DNA from: Bilabrum cf. latius
Lineage: Eukaryota
DNA: 64,000 nucleotides
NCBI GenBank assembly: GCA_965178125.1
Contig: OZ237738.1
Span: 558,001 to 622,000 of the forward strand
Reading direction: 5' to 3'
Part shown: in pieces, positions 12,969-27,400 of the stretch
Layout: every line of letters starts with the position of its first letter
How positions within the stretch are numbered: the first letter of the stretch is position 1
Notes under the pieces: model-generated
Databases searched by the model: none
What the model saw: only the letters and a program-made list of their open reading frames with translations
Told to the model about the DNA's origin: nothing
Position numbers and translations under genes: made by a program

Positions 12969-15900
12969 TCACGACTCTTCCAGCAGTTTCATGAGCTCGC
13001 CAGAAGGCCGATGCTCGACCCCACCCGCTGCGTCGTCGTCTCCTTGCCACCTACCCAGCGAGCCCCGCCGTCCCCCCGCGGCGGCAAGGGCACCGCCAAT
13101 TCCAGGCACTAGTTCTGGCCGCGGCAGCAATACTACCTGCTGGCCGCCGAGCAGCGGCCCATCGGCACCGCTAGTACCCCCTAATCCGCCTTGCATCCAG
13201 GCGCCAATATCGATCGAGCCACTGCCACTGGTGGCACCTGGTCCTGGCCCCCCCCAAGCACCTGCCCCCCCCCCAGCACCTGCCCCCCCCCCAGCACCGA
13301 CGCCCTGCCAGTGAGCCCTCTCCGACTCGAGCGCCAACGCCCCCACCGCTTGCACCGTCGCAAATCCTTCCTCACTCGATGCAGCGCGACTACCAAGCAG
13401 CTCATTTAGCTCGACCCAAATGCGGGCCTGCTGCACAGCGACCGGCTTCCTCGGGGATACCGACGGAGCACTGCCGCCCAGTGAACTGCCAGCATCACCG
13501 TCGCTTGTACCAGCCAGCTCCAACACCCCTAACTCTCCTGGCTGCCCAATTGCCGCACTACCGCTGGATCCAGTGGCAGCCTCGCCGTTTGAAGCATCGG
13601 CTGCATCCCCAACCTTGCCTTCGCCGTTGCTCTGTTCATCAGCAGCATGAGGCAAATCATGCGAGCCAAGACTTGGTGATCCGCTGGATGGTCCGTCTGA
13701 TGTCAGCGAGGGCGACGAATCGCTCTGAGCACCGCTCGCCTGCAGTCGCTAGATTCTGTCCAGAATTCTCTCCATGCGACTGAGCACGCTATCAACATCC
13801 TAGGCGCTAGACGCGGCACTGCCCCGCTGCTAGCTGGCTGCTGCTAGTGCCTTCAGGGACGAGCCAAACCGGGTGGACTGCTTGGAACCGCGCGGAGAGG
13901 ACTGTGGGCTCAATGATTGCTGCGTTCGGGACAACAAAGTATCCCGCCTTGGGCTATGCGGGGATCCGTTCGATCCAGGAGCCGATGCAATCGCACCGCC
14001 CGATCCTGCCTTCAAAGACGCTGACGGACGGACGCTGGTCGGAGCAAACACGAATCCAGCGCGGATTGGGGCTACTTCAAGGCCTTGTGCAGCACGCTTG
14101 CCTGCGCGGAGGCACCGCTTTGCCTCGAACCGCCTCGCGAGGACGCCCGTGACTTCCTCGCCGGCTCGCCACCGAATGAGAGCACCGGCGCGGCTGCCCC
14201 CCCAGCACCAGTGGCAGTATCGCTGGCACTCTAGACAGTCTCGCGCGGGACCAAGCGGCCCTGCAGCAGCGACCTCGCTGGCCATGGGCCTCTGCGCTAT
14301 TTCGGCCAAACTACTAGTGCGTGTGTCACCAGTCGCCTCCGCGAGCCCTATGCCAGATACACCCGACTGCGCTTGCAGCGCCCTGCCCACCGACAGTGAC
14401 AGAAGAGCCATGCTCCGCAACCTCTATCGAAAGAGTTGGCAACCTGCCTCTACACCGTGAGTTTCGCATAGCTGCAACAGGGCCCGGACTGCAGGAGCTC
14501 GCGGCGGCACCATGTCGGCGGGTTTGAGGAAAACCTGAGCCGCGGCATGCAGGTTGAACGGATCGCGGCGATCGTCCTCGTCCTATACGCCTGGTGCTGT
14601 GGTTCTAGATGAAGCCCTTTTTGATTGATCCCCGCTCACCATCGCTTCATCCTCGTGGCCAGCAGCCCTGCACCCAATGCATATGGCCCACCGGCAGCCG
14701 ATGGCTTCGTTGGCTGCCTTGATCAACTTGTCTCGCTTGCTTCCTTGCGCCTTAGCGAACGCGCCCAGCAGTGCAAACGCCAGAAGCAAGGACCCATGCA
14801 AGGCAGCGACGTGCAGGGGCGTCGGATGGAGCATGCTCGCTGCCGGTTTCATGGGAGCGGCGGCACGGCCTCTGCTTCCGGAGGTTGCGACGGAGCCGTG
14901 GCGGTGCGTTCCGACCCCAGCCCCCTTGCTACCGGCAGGCGTGCCACTGTGTCTGCCCCAGGATGGTTGAGACGCAGAGACTACTGGCACCGGCACGTTG
15001 GTCTTGCCGTCTCGAGGAGCCGGCATCTCTGCGATGTCATCCATGGCACCGGCTGGGACCCTCTGCTCGGTGTAGATCAGGTGCTCTGCGAGGCGGCGCT
15101 CCGCAGCATGCTCCCAGCCCCCGTGCAGTAGCCACTCCGCCTTTGCAACCGCGAGTGCAACGAGCTGCTGGCGCCTTTGCTTCCGCATCGCATCAAACTC
15201 AGGCGCGCCGTCGTTGGTGCGTTCACCCGACAACGCGTCTGAAGTCGTCTCTGCTGGCGCAGCAGCTGCAGCCACGTGCTTTGCCTTTTGCAGGGTCCAA
15301 CGCTGCCCGAGCCATCGGTTCATGACGGCCTCACCCGGACTCATTTGCTCCTTGGGATCTTCGAGCGGGAGTCGGCCGGGCTGCGCCTCTGCCAAGCTCC
15401 ACGCCGCAGGGTCGTCCCGCTGGACTTCCAACGCGGGGACCGCGCGGGTCTTGGTCCCGTTGCCGGTAGATGCACCCCCGGCGACAGTTTTTGTGCGAGC
15501 TGGAGAGAACCGGTCTTGATACAGCTCCCGCCGCAAAGCCCACACTTGCTGACGAACGCACGACCTTAGCACCTCAGGGCGCGTGGTGAAGTCGAACGGC
15601 ACGCGGTCCGTCACCGTGGCGAGCTTCGTGCGCAGCAGCCACTGCACCGCGTCGGCTGCGGCAAATGTTGGTTCGTCCCGGTACACTAGCGCCCACAGCA
15701 CCTGCACGGGGGCGTTGGGTTCCATGTACAGGGGGGGCGAGACGCCCTTGTCGTATGCCATCGGCTCGATCATGAGTGCAATGGCCTCTTTTGTTCTTGC
15801 GGCCACGACTGCAGGGAGCGTGCCGTCTTCTGCAGGCTGCATGCGGTCCAATCGCTCCCAGCTGGAGGCCGCCAGCGGCACCGCGGCTGCCAGCAGCTGC

Positions 15901-17021
15901 TGGTTGCAGTGCCTTGCGGCCCACTCAACTGTTGTGCTCTAGTCAGGATTGAACAGGTGATTGATGGGCGCCCTGGCCTTGAGAAGATGCATGGAGGACG
16001 GCCCGTCTGCAGCCAGAAGGACAGGTGGGTGGTACGGTACGCACCTCTGCGCCACCGTCTTGAACTTGCCTTTCTTGTCGAATGCACGCAGGAGGTCAGC
16101 CGAGGCTTCCATCACGCCCCTCGAATGAAACAGAGCAGCAATATGCAGCACCCCCAGGCGCCTAAAATGAATCCCTCGCAATGCTTGTGACGTTGTGACT
16201 GCCTCGATATGGCCGCGTTTGCCTGGTCTGGCACCGCCTCGGACACCCGGCGACGTGGCCCACACACTTTCGTGAGGCCCGGGTCTGTGAAGCAATGACA
16301 CTACAAATTCTGCAGCAGCGGCCTCTGCTGCTCCTCGAGCGGCCGCTATTTCTTCTGTATCCTCGGAGGGGTCCATTGGATCCAAAGGCTCACCAGATTC
16401 GTCCAATTTGGCCGAATGATCGAACGCTGCCTTCCCTGCCCTCAGCGCCGCCCGCTTCTCAGCTTCTTTACGGGCATCGAACGCCTTCCAGGCAGTAATA
16501 ATCGTCGTCTTTATCGAATCTACCAAGAAGGCATGCAGCAACTTGAAAACTCCGGAGCAGTCGGCCACAGCTGCTGCTTCGAGCGCAGTGAATCTACCGG
16601 CTGCAACTCCTATGGCCCTGCGACTAGCTACGTCGGATGGCTCGTCCGTTGGACACAAATCCCGCTTTTCACGATAGATTGACCGTTCGATGCGCCTCTC
16701 CGCGCTCTGAATCTGAGAAAGCCATCCAACCCGTTGGATTGCCGTTTCGATGGGGACGGACGAGCCTCGCCCAGCCTCATGGATTGAGCGCAGGAGACTT
16801 TTCGCAACTGCAGAATCCACAAATTTGTCGTAATCTACCATAGAGCTCATCTTGGCAGGCTTGGTGCCCCTGATACGGCGCTTGGCGGACTGTAGCGGAC
16901 TTTTGGAATATCGACTTGTCGCGGGCTGCAACAATTCTGGTGCTTGATGCGAGCTGGAAACATTGTCCAGCACAGTGTCAATAGCTTGTAAACCATGATG
17001 CAGTGTTGGCTCATCTTCCAT
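12969..17021 (-). CDS. Large hypothetical protein (about 1350 aa) with ankyrin-like motifs
   Basis: Four ORF-track fragments share one frame and are joined across six TAG (15939, 14583, 14424, 13830, 13800, 13749). Stop is TGA 12969-12971. Ankyrin-like segments are PTPLHVAALHG and GVLHIAALF. The start at 17021 is inferred; other in-frame ATGs exist up to 17171. Confidence 0.68.
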
Positions 17022-17187
17022 GGCGGTCGGGCACCAGGTGGAATGCACACCGGTGGATCGCCGATCCACCGGTGATGCGTGCCCCGGCTGGGCGTGACGA
17101 CTGCACGACAAAACGATCGAAGATGATCGCATCATGTGCGAGGCAAACAAACTGATTGATGAAGATGACATTTAAGATAAAATGCAC

Positions 17188-18168
17188 TCAGAGCATCTGC
17201 GCCGCTCTTGTCTTGGTCGCCACCGCCTGTGTGCCAGCATGCCCGAGGTGGCCGGTCCCACCGGCGACAAGCTCCAGCACATCCTCCAAAGGATCGAACG
17301 TCTGGCCGCTGATTGGACACGTCTTGCTCGGTAGAGCCGCTCGCACGTACGACGAGTGTTCCATGACGACCCCCGTCGGCTTGATGAGCACGATTCGCTA
17401 GTGGCCCAGCGGCTTCCTCGAAATCGGGCATACGAACGGACTTGCTGTGTGGTGGACCTTAGAGCCGGCCATGGACGTGACGGGAGGCCCACCTGGCCGA
17501 TGAGTGTGGTCCACTTGACCGCTTCGGCTGGAGGCAGCGGCTCCAGACTCTGCCGCTTCGACGGAGCCACCTCCTGCTGCAAGCCCTCCCGCGCTGCTGC
17601 CCTCGGTTAAACCTCCAGCGCTACTCGCGCTAGTCGAAGGTAGCCGCTCCTCCAATACGCACGGAATCAAGTGTTTCCGCTTGAGTGGCCTGCCTGTGAC
17701 CGGGGACGGTGGTCGCGTTGGGATGGCTGATGACCGAATGCCATCATGCCCCTCCACCGCAGCGGCTGCAGACGCATTGGCTAGGGCTGGGGTCCAAAAT
17801 GATGAAGCATTTGCCGCAGTAGTTCTGGCCGCGGCATCCACCGTCCTATTCTGCCCAGTGTCCTCTGAATTGGCCTTGCTTAACACGTCTCGTCGCTCCG
17901 CTGCCTCCCGAGCCAGGGCGTCGCGCCTCGCAATTTTAAGCTCGGCACCTTTCTCCAATAAGTATTTAAGAATTGCTTCCTTTTCGTACAAGTGACCAGA
18001 TGGTGACGCCACAGGGCTCATAATGTATTGGTGGGACAGCGGGCAAAACCCAAAGCGATTTTGCGACTCTGATTCGAGACGCACCTGCTTCGTGCCGTAT
18101 CCTGCCTTGCTCTTTTCATGCCTAGAATGATAGAGCTTCGAGCTAGCATTTTTGCTGTGCCTCGACAT
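17188..18168 (-). CDS. NOSIP: Nitric oxide synthase-interacting protein homolog (RING/U-box-like)
   Basis: The N-terminus MSRHSKN..HEK..GYGT..RL..FGFCPLS..PVASPSGHLYEKEAILKYLL and the C-terminal FVCPIS..CPISG..GGTG match NOSIP. A single TAG at 17398 sits inside the C-terminal RING-like domain. Stop is TGA 17188-17190. Confidence 0.87.
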
Positions 18169-18286
18169 GTTTGAAGGTGTTGAAGGGAGGGAGCCAAGCG
18201 GTCCCGGCTCCGAGTCGCTGGCCGTCAGGTATTGCGCGTGGCGTGGTGATGGAGCATTGCGTGCATTCTAAGCATCGTTGCAACAA

Positions 18287-21200
18287 TCACATCCATCTGC
18301 TCAGTTCTGTCGCCAACGCCTCCCTGCTAGCCAATCCACTCCCGCTGCCCTTGGATACCGGCAGCCCATCCTCGAACAGCCCATCGTGCAGCAGCTCCAG
18401 CTCACAACCCGCATCCAGCAGAGCCCGGGCCCTCACACTCTCCGCCTCTTTCTGCGCCACGGACACACTCCCACCCCCCTCTCCCGCCTTGGGGCCTGCC
18501 CCGAGCCGCACTGCGAACACCCTCCCGACACCATGCGGCACACCAGATCGCACCATGCCCACGTACACCAGCCGGGGAACAACGGCATCCTCCACCAGCG
18601 AGCTCCAGCCACCCCCACCCAAGCCCACAGCACCGGCAGAGGCAGGCCATGCGGACGAACTCTGCCCGTCCGTGACAGTCACGCGCACGCCCTTGCGCTA
18701 GGAAGAAGAGAAAGCACCCGCGCCGCCGTGCACGCCTGCAGGGGTCGACGCACCGGAATCCAGTCCGCCGAAGCCGGCCGTCTCGCGGACAGCGCGACTC
18801 GGCACTCGGCTGGCGGTCGAAGCTGTCCCGGGAAGGCCATCTCCGCCCCCTCCTCTACCAGTGAAACCAGGATCGTCCGCGTCCACGCTGTTCGGGGCGG
18901 AGACCTGCGGCGAGGTCAGCCAGCCAGCGGAACCGTCGCGGCGCCGCGCAATCGAGAACAGCGAGATGCAGCCATCTCCTTCGAGCTGCCCGCGCACGAA
19001 GCGCCCGCGAAGCACTCGGGTGACGCGAGCAGGCTCTCCCTTGGCCTCGGTGCGCACGCCGGGGCCGTGCAGCAGCCCCCCCACGAACGTTCCCTCTTCC
19101 TTGCCTCCCCCCGGAAGGAACCTTTCTCCCTGCCCCGCCTGCTTGCCCGCGGCCCAGTATCCAGAGTACGCCGCGCCGGCCCCGCTCACCGCCGTACCCT
19201 GTCCCGTGGGGTGCCCTTGCTACCAAGAGCCCTCGTAATGCGCGCCCGTCGCGTAGTCGCAGATGCCCATCCCGCCCCTCTAGCCAGCCACCCATTTGCC
19301 CATGTACCGGTCCCCGCGAGCAGTCAGCTCCGTCCCTTCCCCTGCCCGCAGGCCCTGCCGCCAGCTGCCGTGGTACCAGGACCCGTCGCCTCGGTTGAAC
19401 CGTCCCTTGCCATGGCGCAGGCCGCCCACAAAATCACCAGAGTACGTGAGCGCTTCTCGGCCGCCGGCTTCATCATCATCATCATGCTCACCACTCGATT
19501 TGCCCTCGCCAGCCCCGCTGCTGGCCGCAAGCCGGCTGGACCCGGGGAGGGCAGGCACATTCGCCAGTGAGGTCTCCTCGCCATGCCCCTCTGGACATCC
19601 AGCCGCCCACTCGCCCACGTACTCCCTCGACTGCACGCGCAAACTTCCAGGTCTCGAGTCCAAGGATACGTCGTCGCCGCCGCCGACAATTGGCGCCCGG
19701 CTGGCAGCAGGCGCGCCCGTGCGCACCTTGGCTGTCCCAGACCGCACGCCGCGCACCATGGTGCCCTCAAACGCAACCTCGTTCGCACTCGACGAGGCAG
19801 ACTAGCCGCCCGTTGTCGCAGTGACGTACCACGCCTTCACTCTTCCGTGCGGCAGCCCCTTATCGAACATTCCCTCGAGTTCCCTGAGCTCCCACTGCCG
19901 GCCCCACCACACGTGCGGCTGGGACCACTGCAGCGCCATGGCAGCGAGGCCCGGGCGCACGTCTGCCGCATCGCCTTGCAGCTCCTTGCGCGGCGACGCA
20001 GCGGGCGAGGACGGGGCCACCGGTCGCAGCGCCAGTGTCTGCGTGCCAACGAAGCGACGCGGCTTTCCGATCGCAACTGCCTGCAGTGACGCCGCCCCCC
20101 GCGCGAACGTGTAGTTGCCCTCGCTCGTCTGCTAGAGGGGGTCCTTCCGAGCCTTCGCGGCGGCGAGGGCGGCAGCTGCCGCCGCGCTCTCCTCCCGGCT
20201 AGGCGCTCCGGCGCTGGCCGAGTGATCGAACGCCGACACGTCGACACCGTCACCACCCAGAGCAGCTTCCTCGTCCACAAACTCGGCAGAGTCGTGCACC
20301 GTTGACTGCGGCAGCAAGAACCTGCTGGTGAGTGCCTTGGGCGAGCCCGCTGGCTGGGAGTACGGCTCCAAGAACGGTGGACTGCCCCTATCCGCAGAGG
20401 CTGCGACATCCACGGCGAGGCCGGGGCGGGCCGACATCACGACCAGACCAGCCACCTGCTGCTAAGCGGAGCCATCCATCAGCGCTCTCGGGTCGGGTAT
20501 CATGGCCTGGGTGGTGGTCGTCACGGGGGGGCCTGCCTCAACCCACGCTGGGCAAAGGTCACGAGGCGTGAGCGCTCGGTCGAGGACAGGCGACCTCTGC
20601 TCCTCAAACGCGATCCAGGGGGAGGAGAGGGCGAGGGGGGCGCGGGCCGAGGATGCCTCTGCAGTTGTCTTGAAGAGCACGTCCGGAGGCAGCAGGCCCG
20701 AGGCAGCGTATTCTCTAGCATCCGCCACGGTGACAGGACAGGAAGAGCCCAGGCAGCCGCCATACATGCGCTTTAGAGGGTCGAGCAGCTCCCCAACCTC
20801 GTCTTGCATCTTCTCGGCCTCCTCCGAGGACCCAGCGCCGTACTCGTCTACGAGGGCACCGAGCAGCTCCGGGGTCCACTTTGGGTCCAGCGCGCCGGGA
20901 GCACGGGTGAGTCGGCCGGCTCCGTGGGGCATGCCGCGAGACCATTCACCCACGTACGTTACGTTGCCGGTCGGGGATGCAAAGGTGGCTGTGCCCTCCC
21001 CCTGGGGCATCCCGCTCGCCCAGGCGCCGTCGTAGCTGTCACCACCAGGCCATTCGCACCGTCCTTTCCCGAACCGCATTTTCTGGAAAAATTCACCAGT
21101 GTAGACTGTGCCATCGGGATAGGTGCACCTGGCCTTGCCTTCCTCAGGCGCAGTCTCCGGCGTGACGTCCTTCAAGTTGCCTCGGTCTACCTGCTCGTTG

Positions 21201-24200
21201 TACTGCTTCATCTTGATCAGGTCGCACGGCGGCAGGTCCAACACCCACACGTTCGGATCGGCTTCGCCAGGGCCTACCCGCGCGGGCACGGGCACTGTTC
21301 TTGCGCTAAACGCACCCCTTGCGGTTTCGAGGCCGCCAACCAGCACGATTCGAGTCACGGGAACCACGGCTAACTCACCGCCTCCTTCGTGCCCATCGGC
21401 AGCTGCTGCACCATCGGCAGCAGAGATAAGGGCGGACGAAGGTACCGACTGCTGCAGCTCGTGCTGCACTAGCGTGTGTTGCACCCGAGGCAGGGGCATC
21501 CACGGCAATTTCTGGTCAAACTTTCTGTGGAGCTTTCGAAGGTCGCAACCGACCGCCTGGGATCCTGCTGTCCTGGCGCTCGCGACGCGAAGCACGGACC
21601 ACCCGCCGGTGGCTGGATTCAGCGCCCAAAGCCCTGTTGCGTCATCAGGCAGGAAATGCTAGTGTTTGATTGCGCTCTTGGCAGCAGCAACCATGTCAAC
21701 CAAGGGAGCATTATCGTCAGCACCGACAGACTCTAGCACAGACTCCCACTGCCCGATGACTCGATCGATCGAGGCTTTCCTTTGGTCCGCCAGGCGGTTT
21801 CCCAGCATGCCATCGCCGCCACCCCACACTACGATCCGAAGCACTCGTCCGTGCGAGTCGGGCCCAACGGCAGCCTCACGTCTCTCGAGGGCTAGCTTGT
21901 CAGCTTCGTCGTCAGCCTCTGCCGCCTTGCCGGAGCCGCCCTTTCCCTTCCCGTCCTTGCCCTTCTTGGCGGGCTTTTTCTTGGCAGGCTTCTTCTTGGC
22001 TGCCTTGCCCTTCCCCTTTCCTTTTCCTTTTCCTTTGCCGGGTTCATCTTCGTCAGCGGCTTCAGCAATAGGCTCGGGTTCGGGTGCAAGGGGCGAGGGC
22101 AGGGGTAGGGCCTGCGCTTCCTCCAAAAAGTGAAGCGGGATCCAAGCAGCCACCCCAGCATGGGACGCACGCGGGGTCGGAGAAACTCCTGGAAGCCGGG
22201 GCCCCTTTGCCAGGCTCGGTGGGAGTTTCAACGCGCTGCCGCTGTCGCCGCCATCCGCTGCTTGCTCCGCCGCGCTGGCATCTTCCTCGTGTTCCGGCTG
22301 CTCGCCAGCCAAAGCCACGAGCGAATGATACAAGAACGCAAGCACCTTGTCGCTGGCAGACATTCCAGCCGATAGCTCTTCGGACTTTACGAGATCCTCG
22401 GCGGTGGAACCCTCGGGAAGCGGTGCCGGCTGCCCGCAAGAGGCATACAGCCGCTGCTGGCTCTCGGCCAGCAACTTGCTGGTCTTCTCCTCGTCCTGCT
22501 CCTGGTCCTGGGCAGGTGCAGGGAGCGGACGCACCCACGGCAGCAAGAGAGGTATCTCCGTGGAGCTCCTTGCCTGGGGCATTGCATCGCCCTCTCCTGG
22601 TTGTGCTGCCTCGTTGCCGCCTGTTGATGCCTCACCTGATGCCCCGCCGTCGCTGGATTTGTTTTGCAGCACCTTTGTCAGCGAAGCTGGAGGAAACACG
22701 CCAGCCGTCGTGCATGCTTCGCTGAGACGCCTAGACTTGGGCACAAGGGGCCTCCAGAGGCACGTGTCTGCATCCAAGACCCATGTGTCTCCGCGGGGCG
22801 CGACAGACTTGCCGCCCTCGATGCCGCCATGCACAATGATCCCGCGCAGCGGCTCCACAAACCCGGCAATGTGCCTACTTCGCAAACCGGGGTTTGAGCG
22901 AGACAGCAATTCGTGCAAATGGCGCCCTTCAGGCGCAGACATTGCCTGGGCGCCTGCGACGCGCTGGCGAATCGTGTGCAGGCGCAGCTCGTGCAAGGCG
23001 AGCGCGGCGCAGCTTCGCTGCGTTCGCTCGATGGCCACATCATCAAGACCTCGTTTCTCTGCGAGCGCCGCGGCGGCTTCAAGCCTGGACTCACCCGCCT
23101 GCACTGCGTCCTCCGGCAGCGCGCCATCGGTCTGCAGCTCACGCAATGTCGGCGCTACCTCATCGAGGGGGATGCCGCAGCTGATCGTGGGTACCCTGTA
23201 CCACTGCAGCGACACGAGGTCAAACACATCGACCGCATCACACGATATTTTTTCCGTGTGGGTAGCGCTGCTACTGCCGCTGCCGTCGCCTGTGCCGCTG
23301 GCAGCAGTAGGACTGGAGCTAGCAGCGGCGGTAGAGGTCGCTTCCCCGCCGATCAAGACCAAGCGATCGCGGAACCTCAGGTCCGCCGGGGGCGCCGCAG
23401 GTGCCACTTCGTCGTCATTTCCACCCCCACCGTCCTTAGATGCACCCTTTCCTTTCTTGCCCTTGTCCTTCTTCCCCTTATCTTTCTTCCCCTTGTCCTT
23501 GCCGGCCTTCCCGGCGCCACCCTCCTCTGCAGATTGTTCTGCAGCAGGCGCTGCCCCAGGGACAAAAGTCAAAGTTGCGTGAGTCCGGGCCGCTGGCCAC
23601 CAATTCGTTGGCTCGTTTGAATCGCCGCCTTCGCCGGCGGCGTCGTCGGGCTGCCGAGGGGACGCGGCTGAGGCGGCTTGGAGCCGCTCGTTGTGCCCTT
23701 TCAAGGCGTCCACGTCAACCTCAAAGGGGGTTGCTACGCAAACACCAGCTGCCATAAGCCCTTGTTGCTTTCGCAGCGCGACTTTTTCGCCAGTTTTAGC
23801 CGGAGATTCGCTAGCTCGCAAAGGAAACATGAGCTGCATCTGGTTTGTCGGGCTAGCTTTGCTGGCTCCACCGAATGCGATGCTGGCAGATGCAGACATA
23901 TCGATACGATCAATATCAACGTTGTCGCTGAATCTACTCAGAAATGATTGCGTGAACGCACGCATTGGGACCGTTGCATGGGCAGCATTGACTGCAACTG
24001 CAGAGCCGCTACCAACCTGAATCTACTCCCTGGTGTCGATCCAACCGCCGTCCCTTAAATCTAGTGCTAGCGGATGGGCCATATCGTCTGTACCAATAGA
24101 AGATGGCTGCTTGGCACCGAACGGGAGACGATATGTGCCAGTGCGGTTGCATGATCCACCAACTATGCTCAAGGCCCCTTGGCTTAGCAATGGATAGCCA

Positions 24201-24286
24201 CCCGCGCGGCCTATTACCCGACGGGACTAAATTAGAGGAGCTGGGGCAACTTGGAATGCCGGACGAGATGCATCCTGACCCGACAT
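18287..24286 (-). CDS. Kelch-like plus MORN-repeat protein (about 1999 aa)
   Basis: Seven track fragments share one frame. ATG 24286 to TGA 18287-18289 with nine TAG (24227, 24023, 21659, 20462, 20132, 19802, 19280, 19220, 18698). MORN repeats include YTGEFFQKMRFGKG, YDGAWASGMPQGEG and YSGDFVGGLRHGKG. Kelch-like motifs include PAARTHATL, LVLIGG, IIVHGG..DTWVLD and PTPRASHA. Confidence 0.82.
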
Positions 24287-24413
24287 GACGAAAAAAGTGC
24301 TGAAGTCCGTTGAGGACGTAGTACGGTGCGGTTTCGCTCGAGTCCGATATAAAAATGAAGCCACTGATGGATTTGGGTGTACTCATCGAAGAAAAGTAAA
24401 TAGCCAATCTCAA

Positions 24414-27400
24414 TCACTCATCAGTTTGCATCACAAGCGCAACACCAGCAAGAACGACGCGATCCAGTCCGGAGTCGCACCTCAGCGTTGCAAGCGTCAC
24501 GTAAGTGCCGCCCCTGGCGGTCGTCTGGTACACTGGAGCCTCGTACACGGCGGGATCGTTCCTGAGGTACCCCACCGACGAAGGCTCCCAGCTCGGGTCG
24601 ACCGGCACGGCACGCACGAGGATCAGCGGCATGGCGGGCAGCAGCTGCTTGAGCCTGCTCTCCCGGATGTAGCCGGCGCAGCGCAGCCCGGCCACCTCGT
24701 AAGGCGACAGCTCCGTGGTGTCTTCTGCTCGAGTAGCCCAGCGCGCGCCCTCCATGCGCAGGCCGTGGACCAGAGAGCCATCCTCTGGGTAGTCCAAGGC
24801 CTGTCTGGGCTCGGTCATAGTGGTGACGTGCGTCTCGATCGTCATGTTGTCCAGTGGCAGCTGCTCGCGGCGAGCTGTGGCCTGCTGGATAGCCGTCAGG
24901 AACGCGACTGGGTTTGTGAGGCCGGGCAGCCACACGCTAGTGGGGATTTCAAATGCCCTGACCCACTGCTGCATCTGCCTGACTCGCAAGAGCAAGTCCT
25001 GGAACCATGCCTGCAAGGGCTTCCTTGAGGGCCAGGCCAGACGCTCCCATGAAACGCGGTCGAATGGGTTCCTACCGGGCACCTGGTTCAGCGACAGAGC
25101 GCGGAGCAGATCCTCCATCGCATCTGTCATGTTCAGCTGTCCATCCAACGCCTTACGCAGCTCCACCAGCGAGGACTCCATCAGCTCGCACAGAGCGTTC
25201 AGCCGCTGGCACTCCTGGAGCGCCACGACGATGAACGGTGCCATCTCGGCGCTTTCCTCCAGCAGGGGCTCCGCGCGCAGCTGCAGGTCCAGCATCGGGA
25301 ATGGCTGCGGTACCTTGCTGAGCAAGCCCTCGAGCGTCCCGCGCACCACGGCGTCGCCCGAGGAGGATCCGCCCGCATCGCCGGTGCCTGCCCTGGACCC
25401 CTTGCGGTCGGACGAGTCTGCACCAGCGCCAGAAGCAGCACCGAGCGCGGCGATTCCGGCGGGCTTGCGGGGAGACTCCTTCCCACGACCCCCCTTGCCG
25501 GCTGCTTTCGCCTTTGCTTCTGCCTCTGCCTTGTCCTTTGCCTCTTGGAACGCCCTGGCGACCGCCTCTTCCTTCTGGAACGGCTCCGCGCCCTCTAGCA
25601 CCATCACTGACTGGAAGACGTCCTTCGCCTGCGCGGTAAGGTACCCAATCTCGCTGTTCGGGTGGAGACCGAACATCTGGGGCGCCTCGGCCGGCAGCTT
25701 CTTCTCGATCATCTCCGTGAAGTCGTCGTACGACACGGATGCAATGTCCGCGGGCATGCCAAAGGCCGGCTTGTCCTCGTCATCGTCGTAGGCATCCTCA
25801 CCAGTGGCCCTGGGAGAACCAGCCGCGGCTTCTTCCCCGCCGATGCCGGAGCTGTACGAGGCAAGATCGCCGCCCTCCAGGATGTGGGGTGTGAAGAGCA
25901 CCTGCAGGTAGGTGTTGTTGGTCCGGCGGTCCCAAGGATCGGTGATGTGCCCACCGTACATGATCTCACCGAAGATGTACCGCAGGTCCTCCCAAGCAAC
26001 CTTGGGCTTTTCACCACTACTACCACCACCACCTTCGCTGCTGCGGTCCAGACTGGCCTGCAGCACGTCTGCGCAGATGCGCAGGTCGCCCTGGTTGAAC
26101 GAGTACATCCTCGACCACCCGCGGAACCCGAACCTCCTGCGGCCCAGCACCACGGCGTGGTAGAAACACAGGGTGAACAGGCTTGCGCGGAACGCCGCAG
26201 GTTGCTTGCACTGCTCGATGCGGCCCTCGTCGAACGAAGCCCAGGCGCGCTGCAGGTTGCTCTTTAGGTCGGCGGGCGCCTCGTTGGCCACCTTCACGCA
26301 GCGCTGCAGGAGACCCTCGGGAATGGTCTTCAGGTACGGCAGCGGGGGCGGCTCTGCGGACAGGAAGCAGCGGAACTCGTCGTGAGAGCTGCTGCCCAGG
26401 TCCTCGATCAGGCGCTCAAGCCTCTGCAGCCAACCGCCCATGAGGTGGATGTTCTGCAGGAACACCCAGGTGCCCTCGCGAGCCGCCCGCTCGAGCGCCT
26501 CAAGGCTGACCTCTTCCTTGCCCTGGCCCATGGAGATGGTCGTGATGCTCTTGTTCTTGGACCGAGCCAGGTCCTCTACCTGAGTCGAGGGGTTGCTTCC
26601 AGGGAACAACACGAAAAAGAGCGGCTCTGCCTTGGAAGCGTTTGCGATGGTCTCATCCAGAGAAAAGGCCGAATCCTGCACGTACTGCTGGCCCAGCTGC
26701 CCTTGCACGTATGTACTCATCGCGGCTGGCAAGCGGTCGGGGCGCAGGGCCCGAAGCATCAGCAGTCGCTCCATGTGACCGGCGTTGCGCATCCTTCCGG
26801 GCATCCTCCTGTCCTCGGGCTTCTCCGAGTCAAACCACGCGGCCCAGTACTCGCTCTCGAGCTGCATGTCCTCGGCAAGCTGCTGGAACACCGGGTACTG
26901 CTCGTTCAGGTGCGACGTCAGGTACCGGATGCGTGCCCACTGCGCCTCGCCCATCCAGTCGCCCAGCAGGCCTCGCGGGCCAGGGTCAGGGTGAGAGTCT
27001 GCCCGCACCAGCGCGCGAGCTGCCACCGCCGACAGGTCACCAGATTCCGTGAGCACCTTGAAGCAGAGGAGGGAGGCGGCCAGCAGCTTGTGCTTCTCGA
27101 AGAGGCCCAGTCGCAGGTACTGGAAGATGACCTCCATCACGCCGTCTCGAAGCACCGTCACACGCTTCGCCACAGCCTCCTCGTCACCGCCACCGGCATC
27201 AAAGTCGTCGTCATCGTCATCATCCTCCAACGCCTCAGCAAGGGAGTCACCGGCAGGCGCAGCTGGAGCCGCATCGACCCCAGATGTCTCGTCATCCCCG
27301 GCATCTCCTGCCTTGGACTCTGAAGCCCCCGCTCCTGCTGCCTCGCCATCGCCCTTGCCCGCATCTTCCGCCGATGGCTCGTCAGCGCCCGCACCAGATG

